Shown in pieces: positions 39,957 to 53,852 of a DNA stretch of 64,000 nucleotides (within the stretch, counting starts at the first letter, position 1; each line of letters begins with the position of its first letter). A model generated the notes under the pieces. The model was not told where the DNA came from. It worked only from the letters and a program-made list of their open reading frames with translations, and ran no database searches. Location: contig NC_068985.1 of NCBI RefSeq assembly GCF_001194135.2, forward strand, positions 122,330,096-122,394,095, given 5' to 3'. The stretch comes from Octopus bimaculoides. Taxonomy: Eukaryota. The position numbers and the translations under genes are program-made.

Positions 39957-41833
39957 ATCTATCTATCTATCTATCTATATATATATATATATATATATAT
40001 GTTGTATTTTATGCATTTATACATACAGTCACAAACACACACGTGCATACACAGACATACATATAGTTAAAGCACATAACCATTAAACATTCATTAACTC
40101 AGTTATTGAAAGTAGGCAAATGCAGTTTAGTAACAAAAATTATGAGTATTCACATGATCAATACCAAAAGGGATAACATTATAGTTGTATATAGATATAT
40201 GATGATATCTATTAAATATTCATTGAATATTAGTCATTGTGATTGTTACAAGACATCAACTCTTGACTAACATCTTGTTTTAGCAATTCCCAAATGGTGC
40301 TCCACAACACAGTGCTGTCCCATGAGATGTAAGTAAGTGCACTGCAAAAATAATAAAATCATATTCTAAAACAAAAAAAATAGTCCATAAAAAATGCACT
40401 TGATGTCTTTTACACATCAAGTTGATGTTTTCCTTTTGATAACTACGTTCATGTTTTCTCTTTAATAACTGAGTTTCATTTTCTGACCAAATAAATAATA
40501 AATTTCTGTAGTTTCAATCATTTACATTTATTGGATGAGATATATAAATACCAGCTTTAAATACAATTTTTCTTTACTGCATATATTAAATGTGTGCAAA
40601 TATTTTATTTTGCTCCAATTGCTTGGGAACAAACAAATCTTTCCATTTTCTAATATACATCTGTTGTGATTTTTACAGAATTTAATATTTTGATTGTAAG
40701 AAGGTGACAAGCCAGCAGAATCATTAGCATATTGGGCAAAATGCTTAGCTGCATTTTGTCCATTTTATGTTCAGAGTTCAAATTCTGCCAAGGTCGTCGA
40801 TTTGCCTTTTATCCTTGTATTCTTTAAGAGTTGATAAAACAAGTACCAGTTGAACACTGGGGTTGATGTATTTGACTTACCCCCTCCCCCGAGCTTCCTG
40901 ATCTTGTGCCAAAATTTGAAACCAATATTTTGATTGCAAGATCTCATCACAAGGTCCATGTTTTTAGGGAAGGAGAAAGAATATGTGTTAGGTAAGTGTT
41001 GTTAAATTCAGAGTAGTAAGCTTACAATATGAGGATATGGCTTTTGACGGACAAAAATATGTATGTATATAGTGCCAGATCAGCACTTAGCTCAAACGTA
41101 AACAACAGATTGATGTTGGATGCTTATATGCATACTTACATACATACATACATACATACATGTATATGCATATATACATATATACATANNNNNNNNNNNN
41201 NNNNNNNNNNNNNNNNNNNNNNNNNNNNNNNNNNNNNNNNNNNNNNNNNNNNNNNNNNNNNNNNNNNNNNNNNNNNNNNNNNNNNNNNNNNNNNNNNNNN
41301 NNNNNNNNNNNNNNNNNNNNNNNNNNNNNNNNNNNNNNNNNNNNNNNNNNNNNNNNNNNNNNNNNNNNNNNNNNNNNNNNNNNNNNNNNNNNNNNNNNNN
41401 NNNNNNNNNNNNNNNNNNNNNNNNNNNNNNNNNNNNNNNNNNNNNNNNNNNNNNNNNNNNNNNNNNNNNNNNNNNNNNNNNNNNNNNNNNNNNNNNNNNN
41501 NNNNNNNNNNNNNNNNNNNNNNNNNNNNNNNNNNNNNNNNNNNNNNNNNNNNNNNNNNNNNNNNNNNNNNNNNNNNNNNNNNNNNNNNNNNNNNNNNNNN
41601 NNNNNNNNNNNNNNNNNNNNNNNNNNNNNNNNNNNNNNNNNNNNNNNNNNNNNNNNNNNNNNNNNNNNNNNNNNNNNNNNNNNNNNNNNNNNNNNNNNNN
41701 NNNNNNNNNNNNNNNNNNNNNNNNNNNNNNNNNNNNNNNNNNNNNNNNNNNNNNNNNNNNNNNNNNNNNNNNNNNNNNNNNNNNNNNNNNNNNNNNNNNN
41801 NNNNNNNNNNNNNNNNNNNNNNNNNNNNNNNNN

Positions 41834-42600
41834 GGAATGTTATGGGATGGTGGGGTTGGGATGTGTATGGGTGGGGTGTGGATGGAGGGGTAATGATGAA
41901 GGGAGAAGGTGGGTAGGAGTGAAGAGAGTTGAGAGGAGGGGAGTCAGATGAAGAGGGGAGGGGAGTTGAGCCCATGTAGCACAAAGGAGCGAAGAGAGAA
42001 GATTAATTCCTCTTCACAGTGAAGGCAGGAGTCCGGATGGCCCATGTGCAAAGACAATCCAAACACAGACAGATGTTGAAATGAATGATCGGTAGAGTGG
42101 AAATGGTGCGAGATCGGGGTGTTGTTGCTGAGCCTAATGTCTTGGAAGTATTCCGTGAACCAGTCAGCCAAGTGGTATCCCGTCTGACCAATGTTCAGAG
42201 AAGGACAGAAAGAGCAGGAGATGCAGTAAATGACGTTGCTAGAAGTGCATGTAAAAGAGTCAGTGATATGATAGGGACAATGATGGGGGCCTGTGAGGAT
42301 GGTGGTGTTGGAGAGGTAGGGACAAGTACGACAGTGTGGGTGGGAGCAGGGGAATGAGCCAGGTTGGGAGGTGAGGTTAGGAAAGAAACTGTGGACCAGG
42401 AGATCACGTAGGTTGTGGGCTCATTTGAAGGAGGGGAGGGGTGGGTTGAGTAAGATGTGCAAAGTGGAGGAGTCGGACTGGAGTCGTCAGAAGGCTCAGA
42501 GAATGGTGCGTTGGAGAGCAGACGCATGGTCCATGGAATGTGCTCTGGCAAGGACAATGTGGATAGTCGTGAGGGGATATCCATGAAGGATGAAGTGGCG
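41834..42600 (-). mobile_element. Penelope-like element 3' coding remnant (GIY-YIG endonuclease)
   Basis: Minus strand AHNLRDLLVHS, HCRTCPY, FTCTSSNVIYCISCSFCPSLNIGQTGYHLADWFTEYFQDIR, PISHHFHSTDHS and EELIFSLRSFVLHGLN; typical PLE GIY-YIG with CCHH-type motif. Confidence 0.85.
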
Positions 42601-42630
42601 AGTCATACATACATACACACACACACACAT

Positions 42631-42683
<53 letters not shown>

Positions 42684-42865
42684 TATAGATATACAGGGTA
42701 TGGTTAATAAATTGTCATCTATGTATGTATGTAAGTATTTAGGTATGTAAGTGTGTAGAGGTGTCTGTGCGTGTGTATATGTGTATGTACATGTGAACGT
42801 ATGTTTATGTACTGGTATGTGTCCAAGTTGTATATATGACTGTTACTCTGCTGAAGGTTGTATAC

Positions 42866-42897
<32 letters not shown>

Positions 42898-43283
42898 CTC
42901 TCTCTCTCTCACNNNNNNNNNNGTGTGTGTGTGTGTGTCTCTCTCTCACCAACGTCTAACGGTGAATGGATACGTCTTAGATACATACATGCAGATATAA
43001 ACTTACCTATACATACGTACAAGCAAACAGAATCACATAAGCACGTATGCACACACATAAACATTCTTTTATTCTTTTATTTGTTTCAGTTATATGGCTG
43101 CGGCCATGCTGGAGCACTGCCTTTTAGTCGTACAAATCGACCCCAAGACTTATTGCTTGTAAGCCTAGTACATATCCTATTAGTCTCTGTTGCCGAATCG
43201 CTAAATTACGGGGACGTAAAGACACCAACATCGGTTGTCAAGCGATGGTGGAGGACAAATACAGACACACACACACATATATA

Positions 43284-43426
43284 CGAGCTTTTCAGCTTCC
43301 GTCTACCAAATCTACTCACAAGGCTTTGGTTGGCCCAAGGCTATAGCACATGACACAAGGTGTCATGCAGTGGGACTGAACCTGGAACCATGTGGTTGGT
43401 AAGCAAGCTACTTACCACACAGTCAC

Positions 43427-43431
<5 letters not shown>
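43284..43431 (-). mobile_element. CORE-like tRNA-derived SINE copy
   Basis: Head gtgtggtaagtagcttgc...ggttcagtcccactgc, tail gatttggtagacggaagctgaaa. Diverged copies at about 9835-10010, 22064-22215, 29790-29925 and 32910-33045(-). Confidence 0.65.
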
Positions 43432-43485
<54 letters not shown>

Positions 43486-43625
43486 ATACAGAGAAAAACC
43501 AACCATGAACAAATTCAACAATGAAAAATGTCATTCAAATACATCTAGGAAAACCAATATATCTCAAAAGCCCTATTCCAAAAATCAATAAATTACACAA
43601 TCAATAAATAACAAATAACAGTAAA

Positions 43626-43699
43626 AGACTACGCATGTTTCATGGCTATAGTCAAAATAAATTTGATTCGATCTAAAAATATAGCCTCTCTTCAGGTCT
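43626..43699 (-). ncRNA. Type I (minimal) hammerhead ribozyme, probably from a Penelope pLTR
   Basis: Minus strand agac-CTGAAGA-gaggctata...tatagccat-GAAA-c-atgc-GTA-gtct: stem I agac/gtct, stem II ggctata/tatagcc, 2-bp stem III, GUA cleavage triplet. Confidence 0.75.
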
Positions 43700-46066
43700 A
43701 AAATAAATCATAAGAATGATAAAAATAAGAATAATAAAATCAATGTACGTATCTTATCTTATAATAAAATATCAAATAAATATAGAATAATATTTGTTTT
43801 AACAATACATAATCAAAAAATTTAACAACATTACTTAAAATAAAAACATGACTTATCTTATCGGGGAATTTCTGTTAAGCTAAAATTTCAAACGTAATAC
43901 GAAGAACTTAGCGTTTATGAGAAAAATATTGTGTGAAAATATGGCGTAAATCTAAAAATGATAGAATAAATAGATAGAATATGTATTTAAACTGTTAAAA
44001 TGATAAAATGTATTTTAGCTGTGAGAATAAGAAAAAATTAGCTGTAGTATATCATTTACTGGAAAACTATAAAGTCTAAATAATCTAAAACTTAAATATG
44101 TATATACGTAAGTTAAGCCAAATTTCCATAATTAATCTATTTATTAATTTATTTATTAATTAAAAAAAAACTTATTTTAATCTTATTCTAAATATGTAAT
44201 ATACCCAATATAATCTCGTGCTAATATACACATTTAACTACTAATTATATCTACAACAATTAGTATCATAAAATAGGGTTTATATATATACACGAATTAG
44301 GTAAACTTATTATATAAGTAATTTAACTTTTGTCTACATTTAATTTTACGTTCATCTAGGGAATTAATCAATTTTTTATTATGAGTTAATGATATCTTCT
44401 TATATAGGAGAATAAAATGGATATAATAACAATGGGAAACTCGTGGTTCTCACTGATATGCCTTTAATTTAATTAGATAACAAAGAAGGAAGAAGCAGAG
44501 ATGAAAATAACAGCTAATATTACAATGGATTACACGTTTGGCTACAGTAAGAAGATTCTGGGTACAAATCCTGGCAAGCTCATATTCTTTACATGCATAT
44601 ATATATATATATAAATAAATATATATGTGCATATATACTCTACACGTACACAAGCTACCAACAGCTAACTGCAGCACTTCTCTTCGATCCTGTTTGTGTG
44701 ATTTCTTCACCACGATAAATAACAGCCAAGAATTTAGCCTGCGAAGAACATCTGTATTCAAGAACCCGGCTTGGCATAGAAGCCCTAACATCACAACTAG
44801 TGATCGCTCTGCCCCACACGCCTTAACTTCTTTTATACAGACACTTACCACTGTGTATTCTAAGAACTGGTATCTTAAATCCTTATACGTGTTACTGACT
44901 CTAATCTATACTCTGTAACTCTTACATACACATACATGTATTACTCGCACACACACTCTTTTGTTTACATGACGGCCTGTCTTTAATGTGTTTTATTATG
45001 TCGCATTCACTCACACACAGACACACAATTTAATGCTACAATAAATGATACTGTTATTCATCTCATACGGTTGTGTTCCTATCGTCTTCCTTACTGGCAT
45101 TTCTAAGTTATCTATGTTATCGAAGTATAACATATTTATTATTTTATATTTTTGTGTTCGACCGTGTGACGCGTTTATAAAAGGAGCCTGTTTTTCCATT
45201 CGTCACCATTTCTCCTTTTGGGTTTGCACGGTCGTTCTTACAACAGTATAGACAGACAACTAGATAGAGAATGAAAGTTGTTGTTAAGATCCAGATCAGT
45301 TCTGATTGAGTAGACCGATGATTGAAGACATTCCTGCCTTTTTGTACACTACTGACCACATTATCCACGGTGTCCTTCCTGTTTTGAGACGATAGTGTGT
45401 GGCTTGAGAGAATTTGGCTGCTATTTCAAGCATGAAAGCTCCTTTGAATGCGCGCGCGCGTTTGTGTGCAGACGATCGTTACTCCCATGAACACCTATGA
45501 CTACTACTCAATGAGTGATCTTCTGCACAGCTCCTAGATGTGCTAATGAAGGATATATTGGGAATGTAGCCCTAGATATGCTACGTTTGAAAAAAGATGG
45601 GATGGTCACAACTGGAGCGTCTGTGATCAGACATGGCTACACTTAGTAATACTCTAGTCACTATCACAATTGCTGCTACTTCTGTTAACTGATGCAGCAG
45701 AGGTGAAGAGCAGAAATACGAGGGAGAGAGGGTGAGAAAAGATAGAGACGGAGAAAGACAGCGACAGGGGCGAGAAAGAAGACGAGAAACAGAGAGGCGA
45801 AAAAGTGGAAGAGAGACAAGAAGGGAGGAAAAGAAAGCAATACAAGTGAAAGAGATAGGAAATAATAGAGAGTAAGGAAGAGAGAAAAAACAGATACATT
45901 AAGGAAGAGAAAGATAGAAAAAGGGAAAGAAAAAGGGAGGGAGGAAAAAAAGCAATAGAGACGAAACGGTAAGGCGAATAGAGAGAAGGGAGGAAGAGAA
46001 TATGACAGAGAAAAAGGAGAGAAGAGAAAGAGACGAGGACAGTGAGAAGGGAAGGAAGATATAGAA

Positions 46067-46109
<43 letters not shown>

Positions 46110-47067
46110 NNNNNNNNNNNNNNNNNNNNNNNNNNNNNNNNNNNNNNNNNNNNNNNNNNNNNNNNNNNNNNNNNNNNNNNNNNNNNNNNNNNNNNNNNNN
46201 NNNNNNNNNNNNNNNNNNNNNNNNNNNNNNNNNNNNNNNNNNNNNNNNNNNNNNNNNNNNNNNNNNNNNNNNNNNNNNNNNNNNNNNNNNNNNNNNNNNN
46301 NNNNNNNNNNNNNNNNNNNNNNNNNNNNNNNNNNNNNNNNNNNNNNNNNNNNNNNNNNNNNNNNNNNNNNNNNNNNNNNNNNNNNNNNNNNNNNNNNNNN
46401 NNNNNNNNNNNNNNNNNNNNNNNNNNNNNNNNNNNNNNNNNNNNNNNNNNNNNNNNNNNNNNNNNNNNNNNNNNNNNNNNNNNNNNNNNNNNNNNNNNNN
46501 NNNNNNNNNNNNNNNNNNNNNNNNNNNNNNNNNNNNNNNNNNNNNNNNNNNNNNNNNNNNNNNNNNNNNNNNNNNNNNNNNNNNNNNNNNNNNNNNNNNN
46601 NNNNNNNNNNNNNNNNNNNNNNNNNNNNNNNNNNNNNNNNNNNNNNNNNNNNNNNNNNNNNNNNNNNNNNNNNNNNNNNNNNNNNNNNNNNNNNNNNNNN
46701 NNNNNNNNNNNNNNNNNNNNNNNNTTAATCGGAGTGAAAGAACCAAAAAGTACCGAGAATATATATAACTTTATTGTTTAATATGTCCTTCATTCTTAAG
46801 ACAATATAAGGCGAATTTAGCTATTATTTCTAACATGTCAACCACCTTAAGGATCCTTCGTTGATGATGGAAGGTGTTTATGTACTATCAAAAGGGTACT
46901 TTTTTTTTTTATCTCACCCCCATTAAAAAAATTACCATTAAAAAATTAGGTTACCTTCCCACTAAAAAATTGAGTTTGTAGCGACAAGAGATTGATTAAA
47001 AGTGTTAGATGCTTTTGATTCAATACTTCAACACATTGTTGACGTTTGGCCTCCTCAATAGACATGG

Positions 47068-48062
47068 TGTAGGGAAGGATTCCCGTTGACAGATACTTCG
47101 CTGTGGGCTGGCTAGGAAGTTGGTCAGCAGAAAAGAAAAGGACTTCCGGAAGGAGAACGAAGACAGAAGAATGTCGGCAGTGAGCGTGGAACGAATCTGA
47201 GTGAATTATACAAAAATAACTGACGACTTAAGCCCTATTGCATCTAAAGAAATAAACCTTTGGTAAATATATTCTCGTCTCTACTATAACTGGTGACCCC
47301 GACGATAGAACAACAGCTCCCTCTACCAAAATAAACATGGCTAGCAACAAAACACCACTGAGGCTATCACAGTTCTGGTCTAAGAGGGCTGAGCTGTGGT
47401 TCGCGCAGGCAGAAGCTCAATTCGATATAAATAAGATAACGGCCAACCAAACAAAGTACTCGCACGTTGTGGCGTCACTAGAGGAAGACACGACAACGAG
47501 GGTCCTGGACATTTTAACCCATCTCCCACCAACAGAAAAATACGCCATATTGAAAAGATAGGCTAGGGAAAGAGAAGCGGCAGCCAGGATACTGGAGGAG
47601 GAATTAGGCGATTGCAAGCCTTCATAACTGATGGACAAGATGTTGGCATTAGTCCTCCCCACCCCGGTGAGTCACCTTCTTTTTGTCTAAAGAAATATTC
47701 ATCCGCAAGTTGCCACCCCAGGTCCAGGCCTTCATAACTCAGACCGAAATCAAGGACCTGCAGCAATTAGCAAAAGCAGCCGACAGGCATTTTTTTAATC
47801 CAGTGGCGTCCTGGTCAGCGCCATAGGGTCGGCTCCGAGACGGGGTAGGGTTAAGCATGATGACCTGTGCTTCTACCATGCAAAGTCTGGAAAAAAGGCG
47901 ACAAAATGTAAACAATATGTAGCTTCAAGACCCCTTCACCAGTGACCCAGGGAAACTCCAGAGCCGACCGCCATTGAACACTCTGGTGGCCAGCAGACAT
48001 GACCAAATGCGCCTTTATGTCCGCGATCGCAGCTCCGGACGCAGGTTCCTCATCGACACAGC
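47068..48062 (+). mobile_element. Gypsy 5' remnant: LTR, tRNA-Trp PBS, gag and start of protease
   Basis: TGTAG start (47068), AATAAA, LTR end about 47288, PBS TGGTGACCCCGACG (47291-47304, complement of the tRNA-Trp 3' end), gag MASNKTPLRLSQFWSKRAELWFAQAEAQF.., LGDCKPS*LMDKMLAL, CFYH knuckle-like, LYVRDRSSGRRFLIDT; truncated at the protease DT. Confidence 0.88.
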
Positions 48063-48931
48063 TATATTTTTTAATACATTCCAAGTTTCATACTTTCATA
48101 TTCGGAAAAATATTTTTGACCAAAAATTTCAATTTATTTATTTATTTATTTATTTCTACATTTTTACCACTCAATTCCGTAACCTTTTCCTTTCCTCTAA
48201 GGTGTGGGACTTCTAATTTGTAATGCCAACAATTCTGTCTATTTCGCAAATTTTGAACTCAGTTCACAGACCCCTAGTTTTTCTTTGCATAACCCGCAAG
48301 GGTCCACTGATCCCAGGTTGAGAACTCTTATCCTTGTCTGCACTGATCTATAATAAAAAAATAGTCCAACCATGACTCTCGTGTCTTCTTTGCCGCTTTT
48401 CCCCCAGGCATAATATCAAGTGACTGTTTTATAAAAATACAGCAGTATGTGGTTTGAAGGAGATTTGACTACTATTTATAGCAGAGTAACCGCCTCAATA
48501 AGCGAGTGGAATCGGATAAGAACGATGGTTATATCTTTCTCTAAGTAGTAGTGCGATGGAATTGGAATTGCTTCAAACCGAATATGTCTGGAACATCAAT
48601 CAATGTAGAGTCGGCAAGTCGAAAAGCTGAGATTTTGGCAAGCCACAGTAAACTATCTAACAGCTATTTCAGCAAGAGTTCAATGTTGATTTTTTATGTA
48701 ATATAACGAACAGCAAACTTTGGGTTCTTTTATAAATGCGCGTGCGTTCATACATACATACATACATACATAGATACATCCATCCATCCATCCATCCATC
48801 CATACATACATACATACATACACATTCACGGCTGTGTGTGCGTATACCTGTGTGTTTGGCAAGCGTTTTTGTAATTATTATTCACTTCGTTTTTATTCAG
48901 TTGATTCTTTAGCATGGGATTCTCCCCCTCC

Positions 48932-48980
<49 letters not shown>

Positions 48981-49304
48981 NNNNNNNNNNNNNNNNNNNN
49001 NNNNNNNNNNNNNNNNNNNNNNNNNNNNNNNNNNNNNNNNNNNNNNNNNNNNNNNNNNNNNNNNNNNNNNNNNNNNNNNNNNNNNNNNNNNNNNNNNNNN
49101 NNNNNNNNNNNNNNNNNNNNNNNNNNNNNNNNNNNNNNNNNNNNNNNNNNNNNNNNNNNNNNNNNNNNNNNNNNNNNNNNNNNNNNNNNNNNNNNNNNCA
49201 TGTGCCACCCGCACAAGGACCAGTCCAGGGGCACTGGCAACGATCTTACTTGGCTTGCCGGGTCTTCTCACGCACAGCCCATTTCCAAAGGTCTCGGTCC
49301 GTAG

Positions 49305-49340
<36 letters not shown>

Positions 49341-50984
49341 CAGACAAACACATTCAGTCAGTTGTGCTCCCCACTCGTTCATTTAGCATGTATATTTATT
49401 CCGCATTTACATGAATTCAACTTAATTCTCAGTTAGAATCAGGCTGTCACAATATGTGGTAAGTTTGCACCTTTAAACTACAGTTCATCCTTCGGGCATC
49501 CGCACAATTTCTAACTGGTACCCAATTCTAACTGGTAAAACTTGAAACAACTCGAAACTAAAGAGAAAATCCTTTGCACGGGATGCTAATGTAGTGGGCT
49601 CGTGATTGTGAAGCAAATTTTTCACCATTCTTAAGCAAACATGTATGTATATTAGAGAAGATCCACATTTTTGTCCAGCTGATGTAATAGTTTCCTGAAC
49701 CTTTTCCACTTTGCTTTTACTTTGGCTACTAAGCTTTTACGTCAGTGGAAGAAGACAACAGCTATTTCTGGGGATCCATCTGAGCATTTGAATGAATTTA
49801 TTTCATTGGTGCTCCTGCTAGTTACACTTGTGTATCTGGTAAACGCAAGTTTTTCGTCTATGTCAGTCTATAAATGTGCCTCTTATGCACTCACAACTGA
49901 CATTTGATGCACAATATCGAGTCCTTACTTATCCTTTTCGGTATACAGAACTTGACCAACTTTATGAGGGCAGTAGAGTCCTGGCATCTTTCCCGCCAAC
50001 TGAAAACATTAGTGAAGTGTTCTTGCCAGGTAAGTGACTTGATCTGAGACTGAGTTGAAAAAGATTGCAGTGTGGAAGATACATGATAGCCTTTCAAAAA
50101 CACACAGGCTGTTAACTTCACTTAAATATTTATTGTTAAACAGTGTCAACATTTTCGTTGCGTTAATTGCGGCTTGGTCACTGACAAGATTACACTGCAT
50201 TTGTCATTGCTAAGTTTACTTTGAAACATTTCGATTCTAGATTTTGTTTCCAGCTTTTCTAATCCTTCGACAAATTCACCTGAGCCAAATTAGGAGCATA
50301 CAGAAATCAAGAATTACTACGAATAGCCATCTTAAACTATTCTGTTTTAATTAAGAAAGGGGTTAGAACTCAGCCTTGATGAATGTCTACCTGTTAAATA
50401 AACAGTATATGTTCCAATTTCTACAAATGATGGAAGCAATGGAATTTGAGTTTTGAGTTGATTCTATACTCAAAATTTGCCATATCTTTCTTCTTCTTCT
50501 TCTTCTTCTTCTTCTCCCTCCCTCCCCCTCCCCCCTCCTTCCTTCCTTGCTTCCTTCCTTCCTTTCTTTCTAATTGCCATCTAAAATGCCTCAGCTCTCA
50601 TAATGTTTCTTTTGCTATGTAGAGAACGCAGGCGAGAGCTGGTGGCAACATTACTCTTGATGAGATCACACAAAGGTAGGGAATACAATGATGATAGCTA
50701 TCTCTGAAATGAAAAGTGTAACGTTATAAGAAGCTCGTCATGCGAGCCATCTCAAGTATATTATCGATGCGGACTCTATAGCTAAGGTCTTTGTGGATAA
50801 TTGTTTCGAAGTTTTTGATATTGTTACATGCCATAAGAGATTCTCCTAAGGAAAGAGAATATGATCGTTTAAGCACTCTCCCTCTCCCTTTCTCTCTCTC
50901 TTTTTCGTTTTTGTCTTATCTATTGAATGCAGACGTCTTTTGAGTGCAGAGAAGGTTGAAGTTTTATCCGGTCACCTATTCCGC

Positions 50985-51530
50985 CCACAACCTGCTAAAG
51001 CTTAAGAGTTGTCTGCAAATATTTTAATTTTGGTGTAACTGACGGTATCTGTGGTGCAGTTGTATGTAAATTATAAAAAGAAGTGAATCCAACACAGTAC
51101 CTTATGAACACCACTAGTGGCTTTTAAGAGACTTGAGAGCGGACCCTGTCGATCACATGTTGGGTTTTGCATGCCAGGTAACACTTCATGCAGTGCAGTA
51201 GTGTTCTCCTGACTCCAATGTTAGACAGTTTTTTTTTTCAAAAGAATGTTGTCCAAAGTATATTAACAACCGTATTTGAACTTTCAACTAGAACATTTAA
51301 AATATTAAAGGCGCTGTGTTAAGCAGTCTCTGACATCGAAAGTCATGTTGATTCAAATGTAAGCGATTGTTGCTTTTCAGGTCATTTATTCTTGAACTCA
51401 ACACTCTCTTATATATGTAAATGATATGAGAGGTGAGTGAGACTGAACAGTAGTTTACAGCATGTGATTTATTTCCATCTTTGAAGACTTGGATGACAGA
51501 CGGTGATAGAAAATGTTCGGTCATTTAGCA
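50985..51530 (-). mobile_element. CR1-like LINE RT remnant
   Basis: VFKDGNKSHAVNYCSVSLTS, HLNQHDFR, KLSNIGV, TSGVHKGTVLDSLLFIIY and FADNS (FADD-like). Confidence 0.7.
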
Positions 51531-51621
51531 TGCGTTCAGCGATTTTTTCCCCGGGATTAGAGGGAGGAAGTGCAAACTAAGTATCAAGTATGATATGTCG
51601 GAGTTTGCTGCCATTCTTGAG

Positions 51622-51684
<63 letters not shown>

Positions 51685-52299
51685 GAGAATTTATTTCTTC
51701 GTTCGAAGATAAGGATTCACTCCGCTACTACGAATCTCCAAGTCATCTGAACAGACGCATAAACCGAGAGACTCACATTGGTGTCGGAGTGAATCATCAG
51801 CTTTGAGCCAATATAAAATAGCAGATATTGATCGATTAAATTAACGCAAAGCCACATATTCTTTGAATTCCTCATGGTAGGATAAGTAAACATTTGTATC
51901 ACTACTTATTACAGTTGCATCTGTCATTCATTATTACAATTGCATATGTAACCCATTGGCTAGCTTGTTACCAAGACGACGATATTTTATCTTTCTCACC
52001 ACACTCTTTGACGAAAGTCTAAGGTCCGAAGCGTCAGATTAATTGCATCCAATGGCCTATCATATTTATTCTATAAATTATCTCATGTAATGGAATGAAG
52101 CAACGTTTTTTACTTGGTTACACGTTCAATTGGATTTCAAATTGTTCCTCTACCAAATTTGCCCCTGACCAAGTTATCCTTAGAAGTTTCAAATCTTAAG
52201 CCCGTTTGTGTTGAAATCTTTTTATCTCTTTAATGGTACCTGAAACACTGAACTTCTCACGGGAAAACCGTAACAGTATTAACAGCACCCAGAAAAAGG

Positions 52300-53030
52300 C
52301 CACTTGTCTGATTGGCATAATCACTCTAATAGATATGTTCCAGCCTCTAACTCATATACGTGCTGTCTCCTTCCCCTTCTACCTTTACTAGCATGACGAT
52401 AACTTCCACTCAGATAATCTCGACTCACTCGTCTTTCCTCATTACTTTAGGCCCCAGATGAACAACTTCACCTAGTTTTGCCTTCTCAGAACATGTCGGT
52501 CCACTGAAATCCCTCCCTGCTGATGACTTTCATTCACGCATCAACTTGCAGCAGTTTAAACAGAAAGTTAATGGCAATGATATTAGCTCATTGATCTCGA
52601 ACGGCTTGGCACTACTCTTTCATCCTGAACTAACAAATGAAATGAGAATAAGCTCAAAAACCATAAAGTTTTGTAGATTACACTCACATAGGAGGAAGGG
52701 GCAGTGCCCAAGCTATCGCAGGCTCCCCTGGACCGTTAATATTGACGTTATTATTGTTCCTCTTGAATCTTTAAGTCAACATCTGCAGGAAAGGTATACG
52801 TTAAGAGCAAATTCCAGGAGGCAGACGCTCTAGTAATGAAGGACTAGGTGTAGGAATTAATGAGGAGCCTGCGGAGTGACAAGGGTGACGAAAGGAGGAG
52901 AAAATGGGTTGGATGTGTCGGAATAAAGGTGGAAGGAACCCAGTCAGTTATGAGAATCAGAGGTCATGATAGTAATTGATAGTAATGACATAAAAGACAG
53001 AAAGAGACGAGTCGGCACACCTGTAGACCG
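52300..53030. mobile_element. Two tail-to-tail LINE ORF2 C-terminal remnants
   Basis: Plus strand KSLPADDFHSRINLQQFKQKVN and minus strand SFITRASASWNLLLTYTFPADVDLK both resemble the SF..R...WNSLP...FP...NL..FK..VN LINE C-terminus. Confidence 0.4.
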
Positions 53031-53810
53031 GAGTCTAGAACGTGTCTAAGTGAAGAACAAATAGAATATATAGAAATTAAATTCCTGTTTGGTTCACTAG
53101 ACTGTTGATTAACAGCCCAGTCAAGATGGTATTTTCTTCATCTCCTACTCTTGTATTTGCACACATTTACAAAATGATTTTCTGAAATGAACTTCCATTA
53201 TGCAGCTGAGGAGTACATTTTCATTGCACATGTTACATGATGTTCTCACTACATAAATAAATGAAGTTTGTACGAAACGTACGTACTGCTATAACGTAAT
53301 ACATTTTTGTTGCTTTTCTTCAAATATATATATATATATATATANNNNNNNNNNNNNNNNNNNNNNNNNNNNNNNNNNNNNNNNNNNNNNNNNNNNNNNN
53401 NNNNNNNNNNNNNNNNNNNNNNNNNNNNNNNNNNNNNNNNNNNNNNNNNNNNNNNNNNNNNNNNNNNNNNNNNNNNNNNNNNNNNNNNNNNNNNNNNNNN
53501 NNNNNNNNNNNNNNNNNNNNNNNNNNNNNNNNNNNNNNNNNNNNNNNNNNNNNNNNNNNNNNNNNNNNNNNNNNNNNNNNNNNNNNNNNNNNNNNNNNNN
53601 NNNNNNNNNNNNNNNNNNNNNNNNNNNNNNNNNNNNNNNNNNNNNNNNNNNNNNNNNNNNNNNNNNNNNNNNNNNNNNNNNNNNNNNNNNNNNNNNNNNN
53701 NNNNNNNNNNNNNNNNNNNNNNNNNNNNNNNNNNNNNNNNNNNNNNNNNNNNNNNNNNNNNNNNNNNNNNNNNNNNNNNNNNNNNNNNNNNNNNNNNNNN
53801 NNNNNNTACA

Positions 53811-53852
<42 letters not shown>

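Noticed and set aside
45700-46109. Long GA-rich tract giving a long minus-strand ORF
   Set aside because: Low-complexity purine-rich sequence plus a gap; no protein signal.
49640-49710. ORF segment VQETITSAGQKCG on the minus strand, superficially like tubulin EIVHIQAGQCG
   Set aside because: No MRE start, an extra residue, no NQIGAK and no donor at the right place; a chance resemblance.
49400-50300. Coding-like stretch with short minus-strand ORFs
   Set aside because: No motif I can assign; probably an old TE remnant, but not supportable.
52005-52040. Hammerhead-like ttgacga...ccgaagcgtc
   Set aside because: Core positions are mutated (TTGACGA, GAAG) and stem II does not pair; at most a dead pLTR relic.
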